Made by a program: the position numbers and the translations under genes. This document shows positions 1 through 12,400 of a DNA stretch of 64,000 bases, piece by piece (position 1 is the first letter of the stretch; each line of letters starts with the position of its first letter). The notes below the pieces were generated by a model, which was not told where the DNA came from, did no database searches, and worked only from the letters and a program-made list of their open reading frames with translations. The stretch is taken from contig NIVC01001373.1 in the NCBI GenBank assembly GCA_002269645.1, positions 62,001 to 126,000 on the forward strand, given 5' to 3'. Source of the DNA: Macrostomum lignano (lineage: Eukaryota).

Positions 1-48
1 AATAATTCCTTTGGAATCGCCTGCAAATAGTGAGTTTGCGGCCATGAG

Positions 49-449
49 TTATCGAGTACCTTTAAGCAGACTCTCCACCTCATCAGTCTTCTCCTCGTGA
101 TTGTCGTCGCTGTCGTTGCCGTTGGTCCGCGGGCCCTCCGTCAGGATGGCGGGGTCCTCTGGCCTCAGGAAGGCGTCGCACCGCTCAGTAGGCGGCGGCG
201 TCGGCGGCCGTCGCTGGAGAAGGTCGGCCAGCGCCGCAAGGCGGCCGGCGACTCCGGCTAAGCCGGCCTTCAGCTCGGCGACGTCACCGCGCAGACGTCG
301 CAGCTCGTCGGCGTCGGCTTCGTCGCTAATTAAGCGGCGGCTCGATTGATTAGGCGGCGAATTAGGCGGTGAATTAGGCGGCGGCCTCGAGTGGTGGGGC
401 CGAAACGAGAAAGAGGTTTGGCGGGTGATGGCTGCGGAGGTGAGGTCCA
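49..449 (-). CDS. elk: Elk terminal exon with coiled coil
   Basis: cgcag|TG GAC; [30 protein letters not shown] heptads, typical of the KCNH C-terminal coiled coil; TAA at 49-51. Confidence 0.75.
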
Positions 450-3400
450 CTGCGGGCCGGGCGCATAGTTATTCAATGGTGTAACGAGGGTCGTTAGAAT
501 AAATCCGGAAATTTTATTTGCACGATGTCCGTGAATTTGCCGGCTTCCTAAATATAGCCCAAAGAAACTCCAGTTTCCAGGAAGAAAAGATAGGAATTTT
601 ATCAACGAGCGTTACGCAATCCTAACGAGTGTTTCCTAATCCTAATAGTGCTTCATAATCCTAATGAGTGTTTCCTAATCCTAATAGTGCTTCATAATCC
701 TAATGAGTGTTTCCTAATCCTAATAGTGTTTCCTAATCCTAATGAGCGTTTCCTAATCCTAATAGTGTTTCCTAATCCTAATAGTGTTTCCTAATCCTAA
801 TAGTGCTTCATAATCCTAATGAGTGTTTCCTAATCCTAATAGTGCTTCATAATCCTAATGAGTGTTTCCTAATCCTAATAGTGCTTCATAATCCTAATGA
901 GTGTTTCCTAATCCTAATAGTGTTTCCTAATCTTACATAGTGTTTCCTAATCCTAATAGTGTTTCCTAATCCTAATAGTGCTTCATAATCCTAATGAGCG
1001 TTTCCTAATCCTAATGAGTGTTTCCTAATCCTAATAGTGCTTCATAATCCTAATGAGTGTTTCCTAATCCTAATAGTGTTTCCTAATCCTAATGAGAGTT
1101 TCCTAATCCTAACGAGTGTTTCCTAATCCTAATAGTGTTTCATAATCCTAATGAGTGTTTCCTAATCCTAATGAGAGTTTCCTAATCCTAACGAGTGTTT
1201 CCTAATCCTAATAGTGCTTCATAATCCTAATGAGTGTTTCCTAATCCTAATAGTGTTTCCTAATCCTAATGATAGTTTCCTAATCCTAATAGTGTTTCAT
1301 AATCCTAATGAGCGTTTCCTAATCCTAATGAGTGTTTCCTAATCCTAATAGTGTTTCATAATCCTAATGAGTGTTTTCTAATCCTAATAGTGTTTCCTAA
1401 TCCTAATAGTGTTTCCTAATCCTAATAGTGTTTCCTAATCCTAATAGTGTTTCCTAATATTAATAGTGTCACCTAATGCTAATCAGTGTTTTATATTCTC
1501 ATGAGTGTTTCATATCCTCATATGATTATTTCCTATCCTAGGATCAACTTGAGTGGAATCGACTTCTTTAGTGTTTTGAGTATTTGGTAGAGCATCAACA
1601 GTGATAGGTGAATTTGGCTGAAACAATTTCAAATTATAAAATATTGCCACCCTTCAAGCCCGGACCTGTTGAGTTCCCTCTGCTCCGCTTGAGAATTCCA
1701 ACCAGAGGCGCCGGCGGCTGCAGCGACTGCCCGGCAGAAGCGCCGCCGTCCACCGACGTCGCCTCCCCGCTGACACCGCCGGTGCGCACTCGGACGGAGC
1801 TGCAGCGACGCTGCTGCTGACTGGGCGGCGATGGCGGCGACTGCTCGGTCCTTGAGCTGGCAAAGTACGGCGTCGGCTCGGCACAGAGCAGCGGCGAGGG
1901 TCTGCCAAAGTTCAAAATTTCTGCAAGGTAAACTTCTGACTACCGTTAGTAACAAAACATGCTTGATTTGAGCACTCAGATTAAAAATAAAGAAATTTTG
2001 AATGGCAGGGGCGATTTAAGGACAGGGGGTAGCGGGAGCCTTATCTAATGACAAGGGGGCAGCGGGAGCCTTATCTAATGACAAGGGGTAGCGGGGGAGC
2101 CTTATCTAATGACAAGGGGTAGCGGGAGCCTTATCTAATGACAAGGGGTAGCGGAGCCTTATCTAATGACAAGGGGTAGCGGGGGAGCCTTATCTAATGA
2201 CAAGGGGTAGCGGAGCCTTATCTAATGACAAGGGGTAGCGGGGGAGCCTTATCCAATGACAAGGGGTAGCGGGAGCCTTATCTAATGACAAGGGGTAGCG
2301 GGAGCCTTATCTAATGACAAGGGGTAGCGGGGGAGCCTTATCTAATGACAAGGGGTAGCGGGGGCCTTATCTAATGACAAGGGGTAGCGGGAGCCTTATC
2401 TAATGACAAGGGGTAGCGGGGGAGCCTTATCTAATGACAAGGGGTAGCGGGGGAGCCTTATCTAATGACAAGGGGTAGCGGGGGAGCCTTATCTAATGAC
2501 AAGGGGTAGCGGGGGAGCCTTATCTAATGACAAGGGGTAGCGGGAGCCATATCTAAGGACAGGGGGCAGCGGGAGCCATATCTAAAGATAGGGGGCAGCG
2601 GGAGCCTTATCTAAGGACCACGCGCCTGTCAACGCCGGACCCCGGTAGAGTGCCTGCAGCGTCAGCAGCAGCAGCTCCTGCACCGACTTGAGACGACTCG
2701 GCGGGGATGATGAGGCTGGAGTCGCCCAGACTTGCCCTTGAGATGCTTTGTTTAAAACGCAATGCTCTCGAATCGCTATCACATGAGTACTTTTTGTGCA
2801 AAGCTTTGATGTAGGCAAGAGTTAGTGTTTAATAGAAGACTCACGGCATGCTCTACTCACAATAGTATGCAGGGAAAGCACTGCATAGGATTAATAAAAT
2901 CATGCAAATTTATTGGCTCAATAAAACATGCTTGCAGGCCGAGTTAGTCCTTATTAAGATTGAGTGTTTCAACGGAGAAACTAATGCAGGTAAATACTGC
3001 GCTCGTAGCAGGATTCAGGTTTCAACTTTCAAATTATTTTATTTGTACCTGTCTCTGGAGACCCTCAGCTTGGAAGCCTTTAGCCACTGCCGCAGTGAGC
3101 GGCCAGGCTGATGATGAGGCCTTTTGTTGGGTTTTTACGGGGGAATACGGAAGCTGGGTTTGAAACAACTGCGACAATACAGCTCATGTTTACTGAGACC
3201 TGCGCTGGTTTTGTGAGGCACAACTGCACCCAACTCACCTCCACGGCTCCTACCTCAATACTGATCACTCTCCCCAAGCACAATAGCACTCAACACTCGC
3301 CACCCCACTCCCTACCACACCAGAAAACACACCCCACTCCTTATCACCACAGCACACACACCCCACTCCCTATCGCCCCAGCACACACACCCCACTCCCT

Positions 3401-6400
3401 ATCACCCCAGCACACACCCCACTCCCTATCACCCCAGCACACACACCCCACTCCATATCACCCCAGCACACACCCCACTCCGTGTCACACCAGCTGTCGG
3501 TTTTCCATCCCCCAAATATTTGTACTTTCTGTTTTGCAATTCAGCCTCGTACTTTTCAGTTAGCCGTCTCCCTTTGTCTACCATGCTCTTCCCCACAGAC
3601 AATCTCAACCGTTAATTCACCATAGATAATTCAGCTAACCTGTTCATTATTGTTAGTATAACCCGCTTCCCACTCCCTACTAAGCCCACTCCCTATCCCC
3701 CCAGAACACACCCCACTCCCTACCACACCAGCACACATCCCACTCCCTACCACCTGTCAGATTTATCCACATAAACTGACAAAAAACGTATTAATTCCTA
3801 CTGACTCTATGTATTTTTGCGTTCAGTTGCCCCTAATTGGGCCGTTTTACTTTCCTGTTGTGTGCACGATCTAGTTGGAGCGTATAAAAATTGTACGATC
3901 GATATTTTAGGCCTCTCCGTGCGCGTGGCGCACGAAGAGGTCCAGTTTATCACTTTAAATATATAGTACACCCCACTCCCTATCGCCCCAGCACACACAC
4001 CCCACTCCCTGCCACCCCAGCACACACCCCACTCCCTATCGCCCCAGCACACAGACCCCACTCCCTATCGCCCCAGCACACACACCCCACTCCCTGCCAC
4101 CCCAGCACACACCCCACACCCTATCGCCCCAGCACACACACCCCACTCCCTATCGCCCCAGCACACACACCCCACTCCCTGCCACCCCAGCACACACACA
4201 TCACTCCCTACCGCCCCAGCACAAACCGCACTCCCTAACCCAATGTTAGCAATACTGAAACAAATTTCAACCAACTGCGCTCACTTCAAAGCAGCCAGTC
4301 CAGAGTTTCCGCAGGCTCCAAGCAGTTTCTCTTGGCTGCCGTCCACTGCCGTCTGCGAATCTGCCGCATCTCCTGTGGCGTCGCCGCCCTCCTCCTCGTC
4401 CTCCTCGTCCTCTTCCTTCTCCTCGCCGATGATGGGCAGGGTGACTGCAGGCATCACTGTGCCGTGCTGCCTCTGGAACTCCTCCTCCTCCTGAGAGCGG
4501 GGTTGACAGAAAATCAAAAATGATCAGACAGCTGTAGATGTGTCAGACAGCTGTAGATGTGTCAGATAACTGCAGATTTGTCAGACAACTGTAGATGCGT
4601 CAGACAGCTGTAGATGTGTCAAACAACTGTAGATGTGTCAGACAGCTGTAGATGTGTCAGACAGCTGTAGATGTGTCAGACAGCTGTAGATGTGTCAGAA
4701 AACTGTAGATGTGTCAGACAGCTGTAGATGTGTCAGACAGCTGTAGATGTGTCAGACAGCTGTAGATGTGTCAGGCAACTGTATATGTGTCAGACAGCTG
4801 TAGATGTGTCAGGCAACTGTAGATGTGTCAGACAGCTGTAGATGTGTCAGGCAACTGTAGATGTGTCAGACAGCTGTAGATGTGTCAGGCAACTGTAGAT
4901 GTGTCAGACAGCTGTAGATGTGTCAGACTATGCTATGAGCATAGTCTGAACACAGCATAGCAACATTTTGTCTTACTCGAAAAAAAATCCGACACTTTAA
5001 TCACTTCAACCAGGTGTTTCACCTCAATGTCGCTGCCCTCGCGCATGTTGTAAGCCAAATCCTGCAGCAGGTCGTCCTTGAATTTCTCGTGGTACTCCGG
5101 GTACTGCTGCAGCAGCTGGATGAGGCCGCGCAGTTCCACGCACTGCAGGTCGCAGTAAGTTAGCGACCTCACGTCGCACATTGACCGCATGAGACCTTCA
5201 GGGTTCTTGATGTCCGTGCCGAACAGGTCGCCCTTGCCTACGAGTTCGGGCGGGTTGGGACTGGAGAGTGACTAGTCTGATGCTGGAGAGTGACTAGACG
5301 GATTCTGGAGAGTGACTAGACGGATTATGGAGAGTGACTAGACGGATTCTGGAGAGTGACTAGACGGATTATGGAGAGTGACTAGTCTGATTCTGGAGAG
5401 TGACTAGACTGATTATGGAGAGTGACTAGTCTGATGCTAGAGAGTGACTAGACTGATTATGGAGAGTGACTAGTCTGATGCTAGAGATTGACTATAGGCT
5501 GATTCTAGAGAGTGACTAGACTGATTATGGAGAGTGACTAGTCTGATGCTAGAGATTGACTATAGGCAGATTCTAGAGAGTGACTAGACTGATTATGGAG
5601 AGTGACTAGTCTGATTATGGAGAGTGACTAGTCTGATTCTGGAGAGTGACTAGTCTGATTCTGGAGAGTGACTAGACTGATTATGGAGAGTGACTAGTCT
5701 GATGCTAGAGATTGACTAGGCTGATTCTAGAGAGTGACTAGTCTGATTCTGGAGAGTGACTAGACTGATTATGGAGAGTGACTAGTCTGATGCTAGAGAT
5801 TGACTAGGCTGATTCTAGAGAGTGACTAGTCTGATTCTGGAGAGTGACTAGACTGATTATGGAGAGTGACTAGTCTGATGCTAGAGATTGACTAGGCTGA
5901 TTCTAGAGAGTGACTAGTCTGATTCTGGAGAGTGACTAGTCTGATTCTGGAGAGTGACTAGACTGATTATGGAGAGTGACTAGACTGATTATGGAGAGTG
6001 ACTAGTCTGATGCTAGAGATTGACTAGGCTGATTCTAGAGAGTGACTAGACTGATTCTGGAGAGTGACTAGTCTGATTCTGGAGAGTGACTAGACTGATT
6101 ATGGAGAGTGACTAGTCTGATGCTAGAGAGTGACTATACTGATTCTGGAGAGTGACTAGTCTGATTCTGGAGAGTGATTAGGCTGATTCTAGAGAGTGAC
6201 TAGACTGATTATGGAGAGTGACTAGACTGATTATGGAGAGTGACTAGTCTGATGCTAGAGATTGACTAGTCTGATTCTGGAGAGTGACTAGACTGATGCT
6301 AGAGATTGACTAGGCTGATTCTAGACAGTGACTAGGCTGATTCTAGACAGTGACTAGTCTGGTTCTGGAGAGTGATGATTATCGATCGCTCACCGAGAAT

Positions 6401-9400
6401 AGCAACCACCATGTTGTCCTTAAGAATCTCCATGGAGCCATTGACAACATAATATATGTACTTTAGCACGTCGCCAGAGTGCACAATGTACTCTTCTGGG
6501 CGGCAGAACACAGTCAGAATCTGCTGCGCAATGGCCTTCAGGCAGCCCTGGCTTGCGGACTCGAATATCGGCAGCGACAGGATCTCCCGGTTCAGGTGGA
6601 GGGCGATGTCACCTCGCAGTTCGTCTGGGAAATCCTTCATGATCTGGTTGAAAAATCAGACTGGCTCTTGCAGCCACTTTTGTCATAAACCCAACTTTCT
6701 CTCTTATTCCACTCTGCATCCACCCCTCATCTCACTCCCTGTCCTTCCTTGCATAACCTCACTCCCTGTCCCTCTCTGCACCAACCTCACTCCCTGTCCC
6801 TCTCTGCACCCACCTCACTCCCTGTCCCTCTCTGCACCAACCTCACTCCCTGTCCCTCTCTGCACCAACCTCACTCCCTGTCCCTCTCTGCACCAACCTC
6901 ACTCCCTGTCCCTCTCTGCACCCACCTCACTCCCTGTCCCTCTCTCACCAACCTTGCTCCCTGTCCCTCTCTGCACCAACCTCACTCCCTGTCCCTCTCT
7001 GCACCCACCTCACTCCCTGTCCCTCTCTGCACCAACCTCACTCCCTGTCCCTCTCTGCACCCACCTCACTCCCTGTCCCTCTCTGCACCCACCTCACTCC
7101 CTGTCCCTCTCTGCACCAACCTCACTCCCTGTCCCTCTCTGCACCCACCCCACTCCCTGTCCCTCTGCACCCACCCCACTCCCTGTCCCAAGGACACACC
7201 CACTTCGCCCATCTTTACCCCATGTTTCAGCAGGCCTGCTTCAAACGCACTTTCCCAACTCACCTCGTTGGGATTGATGCCTCTATTGATGGACCACATT
7301 GCCTGGAAGAACTCCTGCATGCGCCGCTTCAAATGCTTGGGAATGTGATGCGTTCTAGTGAAGTCCTTCAGCTCCTGAGTCTTGGCCGTGTAGGCCGCCC
7401 GCCTGGCGTACATCTTCTGGATGAGGGCTGTCACATTGCCGAAGACCGCTGCGTGCATCAGGGCTGCAGCGGGGGCAAAGGATTATTTTTATGATGAAAA
7501 TTTGTAATTTATTAGCAGTTTGGACCACCCACAGAATATATGGGGGTGCATTACGAGCGTATGTGGTTTGGACAGCATCTATACGGGGTTAAAAATTTCG
7601 AAAACGGATAATTTAGCAAGTCTGAATTTAGAATCAAAAGCACTTTTGAAGTTATTCCAATGAGGAGTTTGCAATAAACAGGCGCTGTTAGGCATTGTAG
7701 GATGTGTGGAAAAATTATCCCCATAGATCATGATTAATGTTTTCCTAGCAATTTTTTCAGCCTCAACTCCGGAGGAAACTGAGCTGGAGCTGCGCAGTTG
7801 GGACTCGAGTTTGTCTCTGCGTGAGGAGCATCCCGCGTGTCCCGTGTCCCCCGGCAGGTGCGCAAAAGTTTGGCGTGTCGCCTTTCATGCTGCACTTCAA
7901 AGCCGGGGGGTTGTTCAAGTACTTGGCCTTGTGCTGATGACTGCGGCCAGGCTATTAAACTGCAGAAAGAAGTTGCCGAATTTCATTGCCTCGTTCTATT
8001 TTTGGGATTCAAATGCAGGAGAAATGGTCTGTTCTGCTAATTTTAAGGCTTAATGCCCTGTAAAAAGTGGCCTTCGTGAAACCTGTTGTTGAAATTAGAA
8101 ATAGCGATACCTTGCATTTAAAAGGCTTTTCTTCGGCCTTCAGTCAGTTGGCGTGTATGACCTTGCAGGAATTCCGTCGACCCTGAGACAGGAGTCAGTT
8201 GGCGTGTATGACCTTGCAGGAATTCCGTCGAACTTGAGACAGGAGTCAGTTGGCGTGTATGACCTTGCAGGAATTCCGTCGAACTTGAGACAGGAGTCAG
8301 TTGGCGTGTATGACCTTGCAGGAATTCCGTCGACCCTGAGACAGGAGTCAGTTGGCGTGTATGACCTTGCAGGAATTCCGTCGACCTTGAGACAGGAGTC
8401 AGTTGGCGTGTATGACCTTGCAGGAATTCCGTCGACCCTGAGACAGGAGTCAGTTGGCGTGTATGACCTTGCAGGAATTCCGTCGAACTTGATACAGGAG
8501 TCAGTTGGCGTGTATAACCTTGCAGGAATTCCGTCGAACTTGAGACAGGAGTCAGTTGGCGTGTATGACCTTGCAGGAATTCCGTCGAACTTGAGACAGG
8601 AGTCAGTTGGCGTGTATGACCTTGCAGGAATTCCGTCGAAATTGAGACAGGAGTCAGTTGGCGTGTATGACCTTGCAGGAATTCCGTCGAACTTGAGACA
8701 GGAGTCAGTTGGCGTGTATGACCTTGCAGGAATTCCGTCGAACTTGAGACAGGAGACAGTTGAAGTATGTGTGACCTTAAAGGAAATCCGTCGACCTTGA
8801 GAGACAACTTAGCTATGTGACCTTGAGGCAATCCGTTGACCTTAAGACAGTGTGTGAACTTAAAGCAAATCCTTCGACCTTGGGACGACAGTTGCAGTGT
8901 TGATATTAAAAAAATTTCCCATAGAAATGTACACGTTTGTACACAACAGAGCCTCACCGCCAATGAGCATGATGCAGATGCTAAAGATCTTCTCGTGATC
9001 CGTGTTGGCCGACACGTTTCCGAAGCCGATGCTGGTGAGGCTGCTGCAGGTGTAGTACAGGGCGGTGATGTAGCGCGAGGATTTTGTCGGACCGCCCTCT
9101 GAGCAGCCGCCGCTGGCGTTGCCGGGTCGATCTTCGTCCACGGAGCATTGGAAGTTAAAGGGCGCCTTCATGTCGTCGCTGAGCTTTGACATCCAGCCTG
9201 AGGAATCGGGCGGCAGGAGGGCACCGAAATCAATTGGTGTGAATGTTCCAAAAGGGCACTGGTGGCTTGAGAGAGACATTGATGGCTTAGCAGTGATAAT
9301 GGAGGCTTGAGAGTGGCATTGATCGTTTAACAGTGACAATGGTGGCTCGAAATGACATTTCAATCTCACTGATCTCCCTGGTCTGGTTCAGCTCCAGCTG

Positions 9401-12400
9401 TTTCCGCCCGATCACCAGCCAGATGCAGGCGAACCAATGGGCGCTCAGAGCGAACATCGAGATAAGCAGCAGGAGCACCAAGCTGGAGTACTGAGCGTAG
9501 CGGTCAATCTTCTGGTAGAGCTTTACCAGCCTCAGCATCCGGGCCAGCTTCATCAGATTAAATGCCTCCTGCACGGGTTGGGCAGAATTGGTTGCTATGG
9601 TACACTGTGGCTTTTCCGAGTAAATTTTGTGAGAGACATTAGATCTCTGTGAGTGACATTGGATCTCTGTGACATTGGATCTCTGTGAGTGACATTGGAA
9701 CTGTATTAGTGACAATGGATCTCTGTGAGTAACACTAAATCTCTGTGAGTGACATTGGATCTCTGTGAGTGACATTGGAACTCTATGAGAGACATTGGAT
9801 CTCTGTGAGTGACATTGGAACTCTATGAGAGACATTGGATCTCTGTGAGTGACATTGGAACTCTATGAGAGACATTGGATCTCTGTGAGTAACAATAAAT
9901 CTCTGTGAGTGACATTGGATCTCTGTGAGTGACATTGGAACTCTATGAGAGACATTGGATCTCTGTGAGTGACATTGGAACTCTATGAGAGACATTGGAT
10001 CTCTGTGAGTGACATTGGAACTCTATGAGAGACATTGGATCTCTGTGAGTGACATTGGAACTGTATTAGTGACAATGGATCTCTGTGAGTAACACTAAAT
10101 CTCTGTGAGTGACATTGATCTCTGTGAGTGACATTGGAACTCTATGAGAGTGACATTGGAACTCTATGAGAGACATTGGATCTCTGTGAGCGACATTGGA
10201 ACTCTATTAGTGACCATGGATCTCTGTGAGTAACACTAAATCTCTGAGAGTGACATTGGATCTCTGTGAGTGACTTGGATTTGACTATAGTGACCAACAG
10301 TTCCCAGGATCTGGACTCACAGGAAAAGAAACCGTTTATTGAGGGCGAGAGACCAGTGAAGGCTGGTTGAGAGATCTGTCTCAGATGAGAGGCCTCAGCC
10401 CGACAAAAAGAGAAGAGTTTGAGTTGCTTTCAGCCTCAATCCTAGGATGAGCAACAAATAAGCGATTCAGTTGATGGATCACTTTATTTTTTCGTCAAGG
10501 CCGCTTTTAAACAGAGAAAGTGCGTGCAAATTAAAGCAGCGCAATGTTTTTCGGTCTTAACTACGAACTTAAAGGGTGAATTTGCATTAAATGAAGCTAG
10601 GATAGAGCTAGGATGGAGCTAGGATGGAGCTAGGATGGAGCTAGGATGGAGCTAGGATGGAGCTAGGATGGAGCTAGCTGATGGAGCTAGGATGGAGCTA
10701 GGATGGATCTAGCTTATGGAGCTAGGATGGATCCAGGATGGAGCTAGGATGGAGCTAGGAGGAGCTAGGATGGAGCTAAAATGGAGCTAGGATGGAGCTA
10801 GGATGAACCCAGGATGGAGCTAGGATGGAGCTAGGATGGAGCTAGGATGGAGCTAGGATGGAGCTAGGATGGAGCTTACATTAAAGCTAGGATGGAGCTA
10901 GGATGGAGCTAGAATGGAGCTAGGATGGAGCTAGAATGGAGCTAGGATGGAGCTAGGATGGAGCTAGGATGGAGCTAGGATGGAGCTAGGATGGAGCTAG
11001 GATGGAGCTAGCTTATGGAGCTAGGATAGATCCAGGATGGAGCTAGGATGGAGCTAGGATGGAGCTAGGATGGAGCTAGGATGGATCCAGGATGGAGCTA
11101 GGATGGAGCTAGGATGGATCTAGCTTATGGAGCTAGGATGGAGCTAGGATAGAGCTAGGAGGAGCTAGGATGGAGCTAAAATGGAGCTAGGATGGAGCTA
11201 GGATGGAGCTAAAATGGAGCTAGGATGGAGCTAGAATGGAGCTAAAATGGAGCTAGGATGGAGCTAGGATGGAGCTAGGATGAACCCAGGATGGAGCTAG
11301 GATGGAGCTAGGATGGAGCTTACATTAAAGCTAGGATGGAGCTAGGATGGAGCTAGAATGGAGCTAGGATGGAGCTAGAATGGAGCTAGGATGGAGCTTA
11401 CATTGAAGCTAGGATGGAGCTAGGATGGAGCTAGGATGGAGCTAGGAGGAGCTAGGATGGAGCTAAAATGGAGCTAGGATGGAGCTAGGATGGAGCTAGG
11501 ATGGAGCTAGGATGAACCCAGGATGGAGCTAGGATGGAGCTAGGATGGAGCTAGGATGGAGCTAGGATGGAGCTAGGATGGAGCTAGGATGAACCCAGGA
11601 TGGAGCTAGGATGGAGCTAGGATGGAGCTAGGATGGAGCTAGGATGGAGCTTACATTAAAGCTAGGATGGAGCTAGGATGGAGCTAGGATAGAGCTAGGA
11701 GGAGCTAGGATGGAGCTAGGATGAACCCAGGATGGAGCTAGGATGGAGCTAGGATGGAGCTAGGATGGAGCTAGGATGGAGCTAGGATGGAGCTAGGATG
11801 GAGCTAGGATGGAGCTAGGATGGATCTAGCTTATGGAGCTAGGATGGATCCAGGATGGAGCTAGGATAGAGCTAGGAGGAGCTAGGATGGAGCTAGAATG
11901 GAGCTAGGATGGAGCTAGGATGGAGCTAGGATGGAGCTTACATTGAAGCTAGGATGGAGCTAGGATGGAGCTAGGATGGAGCTAGGATGGAGCTAGCTTA
12001 TGGAGCTAGGATAGATCCAGGATGGAGCTAGGATGGAGCTAGGATGGAGCTAGGATGGAGCTAGAATGGAGCTAGGATAAAGCTAGAATGGAGCTAGGAT
12101 GGAGCTTACATTGAAGCTAGGATGGAGCTAGGATGGAGCTAGGATGGAGCTAGGATGGAGCTATGATGGAGCTAGTATGGAGCTAAAATGGAGCTAGCTG
12201 ATGGAGCTAGAATGGAGCTAGGATGGAGCTAGAATGGAGTTTAGGTGTTGATGAGTAGAATGAAGCGCTCACCATTTCCGTGGCCAGGTTGGAGCTGACC
12301 GCTTTGCTAATTATGATAATCATGTCGAAGGGCACGGCAGCCAACAGGTCGAGGAAGAACCAAGTTTTTGTGTAGTTGATGGCGATGAGCCGCTGACAGT

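Noticed and set aside
620-1480. Telomere-like repeat (cctaat resembles CCTAA/CCCTAA)
   Set aside because: The motif is embedded in a 20-bp unit inside an intron; there is no pure TTAGG or TTAGGG run.
8140-8800. CRISPR-like array or 17-aa repeat protein (ORFs 8118-8963, 8153-8800)
   Set aside because: Head-to-tail 51-bp units with no unique spacers, no cas genes and a eukaryotic intron context. The open frames follow from a stop-free unit whose length is divisible by 3.
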